Source of the DNA: Cyanobacteria bacterium auto_48_18
Lineage (GTDB): Bacteria > Cyanobacteriota > Vampirovibrionia > Obscuribacterales > Obscuribacteraceae
Assembly: GCA_036170915.1 (NCBI GenBank)
Contig: JAVHQC010000033.1
Span: 128,001 to 192,000 of the forward strand
Reading direction: 5' to 3'
DNA length: 64,000 nucleotides
Made by a program: the position numbers and the translations under genes. Below, piece after piece: positions 1 through 9,537 of this stretch; the stretch's first letter is position 1, and the number at the start of each line of letters is the position of its first letter. A model generated the notes under the pieces. It did not search any database. It saw only the letters and a list, made by a program, of their open reading frames with translations, and was not told where the DNA came from.

Positions 1-1055
1 AGGCTCTCTATTACTGGCGTTTATGCCTCAAACTTTCAGGGGGCAATGAGCCCGACTTACATTATTATGCTGCTAATGCCATGCGCGACGTGGGTCAGAA
101 GACTGAAGCGCGTGAGCATTATCTGCAGGCCATTAAGATGAAACCGTCTCATGCAGCCGCTCACAGTGGTCTGGCGGCGCTTGATCTTGGCGAAGGCCGA
201 CTGGATGAGGCTTTCACCGAGGTCAATAAAGCCATAGCCCTTAAACCTGACTCGGCCTTTAGTTATTATCATTTAGGCTTGATTGAAGAGCGTAGACGTA
301 ATGTCGGCGCTGCCATAAAGGCTTTTGAGACTTCGCTCAAATATGAGAATGTGCCTAAGTACGCGCAAGAGACTCGCAGCCGCATTGCTAAGCTGAGCGG
401 TCAACCGACGGCTAATGACCCAAATCAGAATGCACAGCAGGGCAGCAATCAAAATAATGACCTCGCCGCCCGTCAAGACCTTTTGCGTCAGCACGCTCAG
501 ACGGCCATGAAGCACCGGGCCTGGTCGGAAGCCAGCAAAGATTTAGAGACATTAATCAAAGGTGGCGGGGGCGATGACCCTGTGCTTTTGAACAATCTCG
601 GGCTCTGTCAAGCCAATCTCAATCAACCTGCTAAGGCTGTGGAAAGTTATCGCAAGGCCTTAATGTTGAAGCGCGACGGTTTTCCTGAGGCTCAATTCAA
701 TTTAGGCATGGCCCTGCGCAGGCTTGGTGATAATGCGGGAGCTGAAGCGGCTTTTCGTAAGACCATAATTGACTCAAGTTTGGTCAAGAAAACCAATCCG
801 CTGGCTCAGAATATGCTGGGCATTATTTTGCGCGAGCGTGGCGATTACAGCGGCGCAGACAAAGCATTTCGCAAGGCGATTTTGCAGTCAGGTGGTGACG
901 TTCCGGTGGCGCACTACAATCTAGGCGTTCTGCTTGAGAGAATAGAACGTAGTCGTGAGGCCGTTTCTGAATACAAGACCTATCTTAAGCTGGCACCAAA
1001 AGGCAAGAATGCAGCCATGGCCAGGCAGCGGCTCAAGCGTTTGACCGGAATGTAG
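1..1055 (+). CDS. TPR-repeat protein (5'-truncated by window edge)
   Basis: Frame is open back to base 3; repeated TPR-like motifs (AHSGLA, YYHLG, LNNLG, QFNLG, HYNLG). Confidence 0.85.
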   Translation, partial: ALYYWRLCLKLSGGNEPDLHYYAANAMRDVGQKTEAREHYLQAIKMKPSHAAAHSGLAALDLGEGRLDEAFTEVNKAIALKPDSAFSYYHLGLIEERRRNVGAAIKAFETSLKYENVPKYAQETRSRIAKLSGQPTANDPNQNAQQGSNQNNDLAARQDLLRQHAQTAMKHRAWSEASKDLETLIKGGGGDDPVLLNNLGLCQANLNQPAKAVESYRKALMLKRDGFPEAQFNLGMALRRLGDNAGAEAAFRKTIIDSSLVKKTNPLAQNMLGIILRERGDYSGADKAFRKAILQSGGDVPVAHYNLGVLLERIERSREAVSEYKTYLKLAPKGKNAAMARQRLKRLTGM

Positions 1056-1173
1056 GCAAAAGCTAAATTTGCGCGCTTTCTGAGCTGAATCTGAGGTGAG
1101 GATCTCTTCATGTTTTCTGTACATATAGAAATGGTTGCCAACAGAGCGGCCATCCATATAGTAAAATCAGAAA

Positions 1174-2322
1174 ATGACTGCAGTAGATACATCTGAAATG
1201 ACCACGGCCGAAGCCGTCGAAGCCGTTTGCGCGGTTGCATCGAAGCGCCCTGTTTCAGAGCCTGATGCCACAAAAACGCGAGTGGCAGTGCTAATGAGTG
1301 GTGGAGTAGACTCGAGTGCTACTGCCATGCTCATGATTAAGGCCGGTTATGAAGTTGTTGGTGTCACTGGTTGGTTGATCAAATCAGGCAGCCGCTGTTG
1401 CGATACTGGAATGGTTGATGCCGCTCGTGTTTGCGAACAGCTAGGCATTGAACATCATGCTGTTGATTTGCGAGAATTATTCAAGAGCGAAATTATCGAT
1501 CAGTTTCACGAGTCTTATGCGCGTGCGAAAACGCCTTTGCCATGCAGTGTCTGCAACACTTTAATTAAGTGGGGCGCGTTGCTTCGCTATAGTCAAAAAA
1601 TTCTGAAAGCCAGATATATTGCCACTGGCCACTATGGCCGAGTGGTCGAAACCGAAGACGGATTCAGGCTAGCGCGAGCCAAAGATCCGAAAAAAGATCA
1701 GTCGTACGTGCTCTGGGGTTTGACCATGGAGCAATTAAAGTCTACTTTGTTGCCGCTGGGCGAATACGACAAAGACGAAATTCGTGCCATTGCCGAAGGT
1801 GGCGGTTTAGTTACGGCCAATAAGCCAGACAGCCAAGATCTTTGCTTTATTCCGCGCGGCACCACTACTCAACAATATCTTGGTAATTTTCTTCAAGTAG
1901 AACCAGGGCCAATTGTTCACACCGTCAATGGTGAGATGTTGGGTCAGCACCAAGGCACCTTCAATTACACGATCGGACAACGCAAAGGCCTCGGAATCGC
2001 TTATCACGAAGCGCTCTACGTTACTTCTATTGATCCTGATACCCGCACTGTTTATGTAGGACCGCCTGAGGCGCTTTTACGTAAGGAGTTAACGGCATCG
2101 GCGGCTAACTGGTTAATGGAGACACCACCTGTAGAGTCATTCGAAGGTCTAGCAAAAATTCGCTACAACTCTAAAGCTGAACCGGCAACGATTTACCCTT
2201 TGCCTGATGCTCAAATTCGTGTGGTTTTTCATGAACCACAACCGGCGATTACTCCAGGGCAGGTACTCGGCATATACGATTTGACCGATACCTATATGCT
2301 TGGTGGTGGCTGGATCGACTGA
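1174..2322 (+). CDS. mnmA: tRNA 2-thiouridylase MnmA
   Basis: MSGGVDSS PP-loop, PCSVCN, IATGHY, KDQSY, DSQDLCF, YTIGQRKGLG, AITPGQ motifs. Confidence 0.96.
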   Translation: MTAVDTSEMTTAEAVEAVCAVASKRPVSEPDATKTRVAVLMSGGVDSSATAMLMIKAGYEVVGVTGWLIKSGSRCCDTGMVDAARVCEQLGIEHHAVDLRELFKSEIIDQFHESYARAKTPLPCSVCNTLIKWGALLRYSQKILKARYIATGHYGRVVETEDGFRLARAKDPKKDQSYVLWGLTMEQLKSTLLPLGEYDKDEIRAIAEGGGLVTANKPDSQDLCFIPRGTTTQQYLGNFLQVEPGPIVHTVNGEMLGQHQGTFNYTIGQRKGLGIAYHEALYVTSIDPDTRTVYVGPPEALLRKELTASAANWLMETPPVESFEGLAKIRYNSKAEPATIYPLPDAQIRVVFHEPQPAITPGQVLGIYDLTDTYMLGGGWID

Positions 2323-2412
2323 AGCTTAAAAAGCAGCTGAACCGGCCGATTGAGGCAGTTTAGTGATTGCGAAGCGGCTATTTATCTTTTATAATGAACA
2401 AAACACGACGCT

Positions 2413-3771
2413 ATGGGTGGTGCGCTTTTCATGTTCAAGAAGTATTGTCTCTCGCTTGCCATGGTTCCAGTAATGCTGGCATCATTGCTGCTTCCTTTAG
2501 ATGCTGAGGCTCGCAAGCATTCATCGAGCTCAGTTTCCAGAACTTCTCACTCAACTAAAAAAAGCACAGCAAAATCTGCCAGAAGTCGCGGTTCGCGAAC
2601 AGTGGTGGCACAAAAATCTTCCAGCCGCCGGGGTAAATCGCGCACTCGTGTCGTTGCTTCATCAAGGCAATCTCGTTCGCGCCGCGGTCATGTGGCTCAC
2701 GCTTCAAGGCACCACGCTGTCGCCCATGCTGCTCCGAAGCCTCGTTATGCTTACCCGCTGGGCATTTTTATGCGCAATCCACCAGCTTTTGATACCAGCC
2801 CCCTTGATGTTCAAAATGCCAATCACATAGCTTCTGCTTTTGAGAACGGTTCGGCCAACACATACGCAGCTCGAGTACTGGTGCGTGCCGGTGTAGTCAA
2901 ATATCACCCACTTCGTGGTGGCATTTTTTGGCGCCGCGAACCGGTTAAATACATCATTATGCACTCTACTGAAACCGGCGTTCCTATTGGTGCTGTGCGC
3001 GTCATAGAAAGCTGGAGCTCAATGGGCATGCGCCATCCGGGTGCTCAATATGTAGTAGAGAGAGACGGCACCATTTATCAAGCCGTTGATCCAGATCTGG
3101 CCACTGTGCACATCAACATTTTCAAAACTTTGCCTGGTATCAATAACGACAATAGTATTGGTATCGAGATGTGCCATACCGGTTCGCAAAATTATCCACA
3201 AGCACAGTTGCATGCAGTCACCCGTCTCGTTGGCTATTTGCAAAGTCGCTATAACGTTGGCGATGAGAATATCATCACGCACCGCTACGCTCAGCAAGGC
3301 GATCATACTGACCCCGTTAATTTTGATTGGTCAGGTTTCATTGCCACTAAAAATGGTTTCCGTAACCAGGCTATTGCCTACCGCTCGCACAAAATCAAAG
3401 AAGATTCCAAACATTGGAAGCGTGAAGTGGAAGTTCCGGTCAATACTTATATGAAGCCGCACACGCAACTAAGTAAACCCACGGGCTTAGCACCAGGCCA
3501 GTCACCTGCTGTGGTGCCAAGCATTGTGCCAAACGTGGTGCCTGCGGCAGTTCCATCTGTAGTACCAGCAGCTGCTCCAGCAGTGGTACCAGGTGTAGCA
3601 CCTAAACCTGGCAGCGATTATATCGAAGTGCCCGTGCCTGAACCAAGCCAAGCTGATCCAACCAGCGTAACTGACCGCACGCCAGTTGCTCCACCAGTTA
3701 AAACTGACAGACCACCAAGTGGTGCGTTAGGTGCTCCTGGAAGTGCCCCGTTGCCCGGCGAAGATATTTAA
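2413..3771 (+). CDS. Secreted N-acetylmuramoyl-L-alanine amidase (Amidase_2-like) with basic Ser/Arg-rich N-terminus and Pro/Val-rich tail
   Basis: Signal peptide ending AEA; YIIMHST, YVVERDGTIYQ, NDNSIGIE, IITH...DP motifs. Confidence 0.85.
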   Translation: MGGALFMFKKYCLSLAMVPVMLASLLLPLDAEARKHSSSSVSRTSHSTKKSTAKSARSRGSRTVVAQKSSSRRGKSRTRVVASSRQSRSRRGHVAHASRHHAVAHAAPKPRYAYPLGIFMRNPPAFDTSPLDVQNANHIASAFENGSANTYAARVLVRAGVVKYHPLRGGIFWRREPVKYIIMHSTETGVPIGAVRVIESWSSMGMRHPGAQYVVERDGTIYQAVDPDLATVHINIFKTLPGINNDNSIGIEMCHTGSQNYPQAQLHAVTRLVGYLQSRYNVGDENIITHRYAQQGDHTDPVNFDWSGFIATKNGFRNQAIAYRSHKIKEDSKHWKREVEVPVNTYMKPHTQLSKPTGLAPGQSPAVVPSIVPNVVPAAVPSVVPAAAPAVVPGVAPKPGSDYIEVPVPEPSQADPTSVTDRTPVAPPVKTDRPPSGALGAPGSAPLPGEDI

Positions 3772-3783
3772 GTTTGCGGGTGT

Positions 3784-4647
3784 GTGAGTAAGGTAAGGAA
3801 ACGCCTTTTGTATGAAGTCCTATTTGTAGTAGGGCTTTGGGCTATCCTATCTCCACTTGTAGCAATGCCGCTCTACGAGCGCCTTTTGTTCTTTCCAGAC
3901 AAATCGGATCCAGTGAAAGTCTTAGGACTGTTTCGCGATGATCCCAGGTTGCTTTGTGATTCTTGCGAGCAAATTTCTTTTTATAATGGTCCACAAGTTA
4001 AGCTCGAGGGGTTGTTCTTTAAAAAGAAAGCGGCAACAAGAACAGTTTTGGTCAGTCATGGCAATGGCGGAAACCTGGGTCACCGTGCCGTTCTTGCATC
4101 AGCTCTGCTAAAGTCTGGCTGCTCAGTTTTGCTATATGATTATGAAGGTTATGGCAATTCGCAAGGCACGCCAACTGTTCGCAGCGCTGTAGATGACGCG
4201 TGTGGTGCTTTCGATTATTTGACGACCGTGCAAAACGTTAATCCTGCGCACATAGTCGTCTATGGTGAATCGCTAGGAGCAGGCGTGACCTCTGAGCTTA
4301 GTCGAAAGCGTCCTGTTTCTGCCATGATTTTGCAATCAACTTTTCCAGCATTAACCTGGGCCGCGCATGATCGTCTCTGGTTTACCTGGCTTTATCCGAG
4401 CAGCTGGTTTCAAGAACTTGACTGTCTCGCGGCGGTGCGTTCTTCAACGACACCGCTGCTGGTTATACACGGAACAGAAGATCCCATCTTTCCGGTACGC
4501 TATGCCGAGATTGTGTACAAGCAAAGTCAAAAACAGAAAGGTAGGCAAAGTACGCTTGCTATTATTCCGGGCATGAATCATAACCTTGAAGACAGTAATA
4601 ATCCTGGGTATCTGGCAGCATTACGCGAGTTTTTAAAAGAACTATGA
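3784..4647 (+). CDS. Membrane-anchored alpha/beta hydrolase
   Basis: HGNGGN, YDYEGYGNSQG, GESLG nucleophile elbow, IHGTEDP, distal His. Confidence 0.9.
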   Translation: MSKVRKRLLYEVLFVVGLWAILSPLVAMPLYERLLFFPDKSDPVKVLGLFRDDPRLLCDSCEQISFYNGPQVKLEGLFFKKKAATRTVLVSHGNGGNLGHRAVLASALLKSGCSVLLYDYEGYGNSQGTPTVRSAVDDACGAFDYLTTVQNVNPAHIVVYGESLGAGVTSELSRKRPVSAMILQSTFPALTWAAHDRLWFTWLYPSSWFQELDCLAAVRSSTTPLLVIHGTEDPIFPVRYAEIVYKQSQKQKGRQSTLAIIPGMNHNLEDSNNPGYLAALREFLKEL

Positions 4648-4946
4648 CAGACGATAGCGTAAATGCTTTGATTAGAGACATGGCGGCTATCCGGCTTGGT
4701 ACGCTCGCCTTCAATCTTGGTGCCATTGCCTGGATAGCGTTGAACACGCAATTTGGCAGTGGCGGAGCAAGCTTCCAACCGGGCTGTTATCTAACTCCCA
4801 ACATCGTCAACGTGGTAGCGGCACTGGTGCTACTATACAGTGGTTATCTCGCATGCTTGGCTATCAAGAAAGGTAGCTTAATACCTGCCTTTCTCACTTT
4901 AACTTTTATATTTGCGATGCTTGCAACACTTATGCGCGAAATATGA
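4644..4946 (+). CDS. Small membrane protein, unknown function
   Basis: Three hydrophobic segments; ATGA overlaps with both neighbours. Confidence 0.65.
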   Translation: MTDDSVNALIRDMAAIRLGTLAFNLGAIAWIALNTQFGSGGASFQPGCYLTPNIVNVVAALVLLYSGYLACLAIKKGSLIPAFLTLTFIFAMLATLMREI

Positions 4947-5377
4947 CTGCACTGCTTCTGTTGACAGCGATTGTTTTTATTAAGGCATCTATGGTGCAAG
5001 CACTTTGTGCTAGGGCCGATATCGCAGATACTGAAAAAGAACAGAAGCGCGCGCGGCGCATTGCTCTCATCGCCTGCGTGGTACCAGCTCTCGCTACGGT
5101 TGTCCTGGCTGCTCTTTGTATTCCCCTTGGTATAGATATAGGCAATAAGCCGGTCACTGGCGACACATATTCTACCTTCGGTAACTGCGCTCTTTTCTTG
5201 CCCTTATATTTTGCCTGGATAAGCGACTTTGTCATCACAGTAGTGTGCTGGACTAATTACAAAGACATGAAAATAAATCAGCCTTTCACAGCGGTCTGCC
5301 TGGCCTATGTAGTCATCGTTATTTTTGAATATACAACCACTGCTGGTGCAGTAGTTATGGCCAATCCAGCACGGTGA
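4943..5377 (+). CDS. Membrane protein, unknown function
   Basis: About four hydrophobic segments; translational coupling to upstream gene. Confidence 0.65.
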   Translation: MTALLLLTAIVFIKASMVQALCARADIADTEKEQKRARRIALIACVVPALATVVLAALCIPLGIDIGNKPVTGDTYSTFGNCALFLPLYFAWISDFVITVVCWTNYKDMKINQPFTAVCLAYVVIVIFEYTTTAGAVVMANPAR

Positions 5378-5384
5378 AGCGCTT

Positions 5385-6713
5385 CTATTTGCTCAGCGAC
5401 AATCGCTTCAAGAACCTATCTGGCCCCATGAAGCCGCCCAGCTGTTTCAACAATTTGCCCTTGCCGTCCAATATTAAAACCATGGGAATGCCGTTGAACG
5501 GATGCTTTGCCTGAAGATTTTGTGCTTCCTTACTTTCCAGATTTAGCCTCACTGGGACGAAATCTGTATTTAGCTTTGCCACCACATCAGGGTCGGTATA
5601 GGTGATTTGATCCATTTTGCGGCAGTATCCGCACCACTCTGCACCAAACTCAACCAGTATCGTTTTCGTGCTTGTTTTCGACTCAGCCACTGCTGTGGCA
5701 TAATCTTTTCGCCAGTTTATTGTAGCTGTCTGCTCAGCACCTAGTGGCTCGCCGCTTACCAGCTTTTGCACCCGGCGAGAATACTTGGCACCACTTGCTT
5801 CTAGATCAGGGCACAACATCGACGGCATAAATTCTTCGATATGCATGAACGATTTTGGTGCTGAAATTGAAGCAAAAAATTTGCCTGCACCAGTCATTTC
5901 TGGCTCTGACGTCACCACCAAAATAGGAGGGTGGTCTTTAGCCACCAGATCTAAATTGCTCAGGCCATTGTCGCTGTAGAGCTGCTGAGGCACCATGCGC
6001 ATAGCCAGTGCTCCTGGCACTTTGTCGACATACTCTTTGACAGTCGTCCAGGGGTTTTCTAAAATCAAAGCTTTGCATTTATTTGATGCTGCTATTTTCA
6101 GACAGACATATGAGCCAATATCGCGTCCCAGTAAAATTATGTGCTCTGGCGATATCTTTTTCTCTTTGATCAAAAAGTCATAGGCTGCTTGACCGTCAAT
6201 ACATGCTGTTTGTGGTGACGCTTTTACTGCAGAATTATTTAGCCCACGATAATCAAATAAAAATACCGATAGCCCAGCGGCTCTGAGCATTTTTATATAA
6301 CCGGCTGCTAGTGGTAAACGCTTGCCGAATCCGTTGTAACAAACAAGCACTGTGTCGGCACCAGAACCAGGAAAAAACCACCCCTCCAGTTCCACTTTGT
6401 CGGTGGTACTAAATTTGAGTTTTTCAGGCACTTCGAGATTTAGCTTTTTGAATTCTTGATCAGAAGGCTTTGTCTCAAGGCCTTCCAGAATGGTAACGCT
6501 GGCAGTATCAGGCCCCATCACTGCTCGTACGAAGTTAGAAATATGCTTGCGATCTTCAGCAGTACTGCCGCGAAAAAGCACTGATGATAAGAACGACGGG
6601 TTAGTGGCTGGAGCAAAGGAGAGAATCAGAGCCACTATGCCGAGAGCAAGGCAAATAACTGCAAAAGCACTGAGTTTAAAAATATAGGTAAGAACGTTCT
6701 TTGATGTAGGCAC
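5385..6713 (-). CDS. Alpha/beta hydrolase-fold plus thioredoxin-like fusion protein
   Basis: N-terminal TM, LEGWFFPG, FDYRG, GRDIG at the elbow position; C-terminal WCGYCRKMD thioredoxin domain. Confidence 0.8.
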   Translation of the reverse strand: MPTSKNVLTYIFKLSAFAVICLALGIVALILSFAPATNPSFLSSVLFRGSTAEDRKHISNFVRAVMGPDTASVTILEGLETKPSDQEFKKLNLEVPEKLKFSTTDKVELEGWFFPGSGADTVLVCYNGFGKRLPLAAGYIKMLRAAGLSVFLFDYRGLNNSAVKASPQTACIDGQAAYDFLIKEKKISPEHIILLGRDIGSYVCLKIAASNKCKALILENPWTTVKEYVDKVPGALAMRMVPQQLYSDNGLSNLDLVAKDHPPILVVTSEPEMTGAGKFFASISAPKSFMHIEEFMPSMLCPDLEASGAKYSRRVQKLVSGEPLGAEQTATINWRKDYATAVAESKTSTKTILVEFGAEWCGYCRKMDQITYTDPDVVAKLNTDFVPVRLNLESKEAQNLQAKHPFNGIPMVLILDGKGKLLKQLGGFMGPDRFLKRLSLSK

Positions 6714-6722
6714 AAATTACTC

Positions 6723-7865
6723 CTAAGCCGACCAAACACTCTTTCGATCTTTTACTCGCCAGATGAAACCATCTAATAAGTAATGGGTTGATTGCGGCAG
6801 TGATAGCAGTGGTATCAGTAGAGCCAGTATGGCAGTGTCTCCAATAGACGGCAAGAATGAAAATGGAGCGAAGAGGCTAAGATGTTCGCGCCATACAAGC
6901 CCGTCCCAGAGCCCTTCTTCAAGATAGGCAAGTGCTGCCAGAAAAACAAAGAAGATTACAACGTTTGAAATTAGCAAGCGGCCCAGCTTAATTCGATTGT
7001 CACTGCCCGCGCCATCACCATGACTTGTATTACTAATTTGGTGGTGATAAAGCCAGATTAGTGCCATGTAGGGAATGCCGTGACTGACTACATTTGTAAT
7101 AGTGAATGCCATGTCTGAATTAAATGCTACTATGCCGACCCACCAGCTCAGCGCAGTTCCTGCGAGCAACAAGTTCTTCGGTATATTGAAAAATCTGGTT
7201 TTTGCACCCAATACAATTTCTTTTATGACGTAGGCAAATGCAATTATTGTGTATGCTGCAAAGCCGCCTTGTGTCACTATTTGCGGCAGTGTTTCGATAA
7301 AATCGCCAGCCACAAACCAGCTGAAATTTCTTGGCATATTGGTATGCCAGAAGAGTATGGGATAAAGCGTAGCTAAATAAACGGCAGCACAATCGAGCCA
7401 TCTATATCTTTTAAACTCAAGCGGATCTTTTCTCGAATAAAGAATGACGAATCCAAATTGTTGACGAATAAAATGAAACACAGCCAGGTAAGCCAGGGCG
7501 CGCCAGAAATAAATGGCGTCAAGCGAATAGAGTAAGCTCCCACCAACCCATGCTATGGCCGGAATGGCGAGCAAAATAGTTTTGTTATTTTCAAAGGCTG
7601 TGGGGTCAAGATAAGTGCGGAAAAGTGTGGCATAAACGTGAGCTACATCAATAAGCAAAACAAAACACACCCAGACCCACAAGGGCACATTTGTGCTGGC
7701 TGCCATCTGTCCGCGAAATAGAACCACACAGGCAACTGCAATGAAAGCTGGCGAGAGAATCCAGATGCTGTCCCAGAGCGGTGATGAAAGCCAGGCTTGT
7801 TCAGTGGGTCGCTCTGTGGAAGCGGCCACGATTTGGTCAGGCTGAAAATGTATATCAGGATTCAA
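6723..7865 (-). CDS. Polytopic membrane protein, last gene of the spermidine-synthase-like operon
   Basis: Many TM segments; conserved-looking His motifs (DVAHVYAT, FHFIRQQFG, SHGIPY, THYLLDG). Confidence 0.8.
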   Translation of the reverse strand: MNPDIHFQPDQIVAASTERPTEQAWLSSPLWDSIWILSPAFIAVACVVLFRGQMAASTNVPLWVWVCFVLLIDVAHVYATLFRTYLDPTAFENNKTILLAIPAIAWVGGSLLYSLDAIYFWRALAYLAVFHFIRQQFGFVILYSRKDPLEFKRYRWLDCAAVYLATLYPILFWHTNMPRNFSWFVAGDFIETLPQIVTQGGFAAYTIIAFAYVIKEIVLGAKTRFFNIPKNLLLAGTALSWWVGIVAFNSDMAFTITNVVSHGIPYMALIWLYHHQISNTSHGDGAGSDNRIKLGRLLISNVVIFFVFLAALAYLEEGLWDGLVWREHLSLFAPFSFLPSIGDTAILALLIPLLSLPQSTHYLLDGFIWRVKDRKSVWSA

Positions 7866-9537
7866 GTTTTTTTAAGACCATCTTAGCTGCTTCTACACCG
7901 TGATATTGAGCTTCTTCAAAGTTAGACATACCGCTCATGTCTGAATGAGCAAACAGTATGTTGCCTTTTGCCTCTTTCATGCGCTTGCGATCTTGGCCCC
8001 AAATGAGCCCCACTGTCGGTCTAATTAAGCCGTGACCCCACGGCCAGAGGTCAATCGAAAGAATATCGTTTTCGATATTGGGGTGCATGCTCTTGAGGTC
8101 TTCAATTATTATTTTAGACCACTCTTCTTTGCTCGACTGAAAAAGCTTTTGTCGAGCTGCTTTAGGTTGCATTTGTGAAAGTGGAAAATAATATGTGATT
8201 ACAGTGGGCTTTTGCCTGGTGGAAATATCTTGATGGTTGGAGATTACATAACCAAGCGAATCGCTGTAATAGCTGACATTGTCCCAGGCTGGTGCCAAAC
8301 CCCTCGAATCAGGCAAACGCTTCAAGCTGATATTGGCTACCATCCATGGTGCGTAGCTGAGGTTGATATCACTTGTTTGCGTATGTGTTGTCTGCGTATG
8401 TTTTGTCTGCGTATGGGTTGCTTCTGTTTGCTTCTCGTCTTTGATTACATGATTAGCCACATAGCGCGGTGCGGCGAAGATGACAAATTCTGATTCGATT
8501 GCAGAATATTCATTGGTATCACTGTGCAGACAAGTCGTAATCACCTTGCCGCCTTTTTGTTTGACTGCGGTGGCCATTTGGTTATTGCAGATGCTGCCCT
8601 GTACTGGGGCTTTCAGTTTCTCTACCAAAAAACCGTTACCTTGCGGCCAGGTTAACACGGCGTTGGGTTCAGAATTTGCAGCAGTGCCTCGTCTGCCGGC
8701 AAAATAATGAATGCCTGCCCAGGCTGAGACGTTTTCTGTGCTCGAGCCATAATCGTCGCGACAACAATAGTTGACATACCACAAGAGGGGCTGGCTCTTG
8801 AAGTTGTTGTCTTTAAGCCACTGACTCATAGAAATGCCATCAAGGGCTGTGAACTCTTGATCTTGTGAGCTCAAATCGAGTGGAATAGTAAAGGCGAGTT
8901 TGCCATCACTTCCGGTGGCACGGCGAAAGCTCAGCATCACTTCAAAAAATCTTGCCACTTCAGCACTTTCATTTGGTTGCAGGCCGCGTTTTGGAACCAA
9001 TCCTTCGTGAAAGGAACCGTCTTTGTAAAGTCGGTCCTGCGGCTCGTGACAGAGCATTAGTTCATCATAAACTGGCTCACCAGCTGCATTATATCCTTGA
9101 ATTATTTTCAGTTCTTCAAATAACTGTCGAACATAATGCGACTCAGGATTAGCAATAGGCACATAATGTGCCCCCCAGGGGAAGGCACCATATGCACTGC
9201 TGCTGCTGGCCGAATTGCCGCCAACTTCTTTTTCTAACTCCAAAATTACAAAATCGTTGACTCCATGTTTTTTGAGCCACCAGGCTGCCGATAAGCCTGC
9301 TATGCCACCGCCGATTATGGTAACCCTGGTAGATTGAGTACCAGTGATGGTTTCATTGCCGGCTGACTGGCGCAGACGATGGCCGAGTTTACTCGAAGGG
9401 CCAAGCATGCGACAGCGTATTCTTTCGCTAGATCCCTTCAGCAAAGGTGCGTCTAGTGCGAGTTTTCCTGCCACAGCAGCTACACCGCAACCGGCCAATA
9501 CTTTTAAGAAAACAGCGCGGCTAATGGGCGTCGACAT
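7855..9537 (-). CDS. FAD-dependent amine oxidoreductase with Tat-like leader
   Basis: SRAVFLK leader, IIGGGIAGLSAAW Rossmann motif, WGAHY, HSDMSGMSNFEEA; start placed at MSTP. Confidence 0.85.
   Translation of the reverse strand: MSTPISRAVFLKVLAGCGVAAVAGKLALDAPLLKGSSERIRCRMLGPSSKLGHRLRQSAGNETITGTQSTRVTIIGGGIAGLSAAWWLKKHGVNDFVILELEKEVGGNSASSSSAYGAFPWGAHYVPIANPESHYVRQLFEELKIIQGYNAAGEPVYDELMLCHEPQDRLYKDGSFHEGLVPKRGLQPNESAEVARFFEVMLSFRRATGSDGKLAFTIPLDLSSQDQEFTALDGISMSQWLKDNNFKSQPLLWYVNYCCRDDYGSSTENVSAWAGIHYFAGRRGTAANSEPNAVLTWPQGNGFLVEKLKAPVQGSICNNQMATAVKQKGGKVITTCLHSDTNEYSAIESEFVIFAAPRYVANHVIKDEKQTEATHTQTKHTQTTHTQTSDINLSYAPWMVANISLKRLPDSRGLAPAWDNVSYYSDSLGYVISNHQDISTRQKPTVITYYFPLSQMQPKAARQKLFQSSKEEWSKIIIEDLKSMHPNIENDILSIDLWPWGHGLIRPTVGLIWGQDRKRMKEAKGNILFAHSDMSGMSNFEEAQYHGVEAAKMVLKKLES

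Noticed and set aside
8374..8420. 15-bp repeat encoding xHTQT units in the oxidase
   Set aside because: In-frame slippage in a probable loop; no sign of function.
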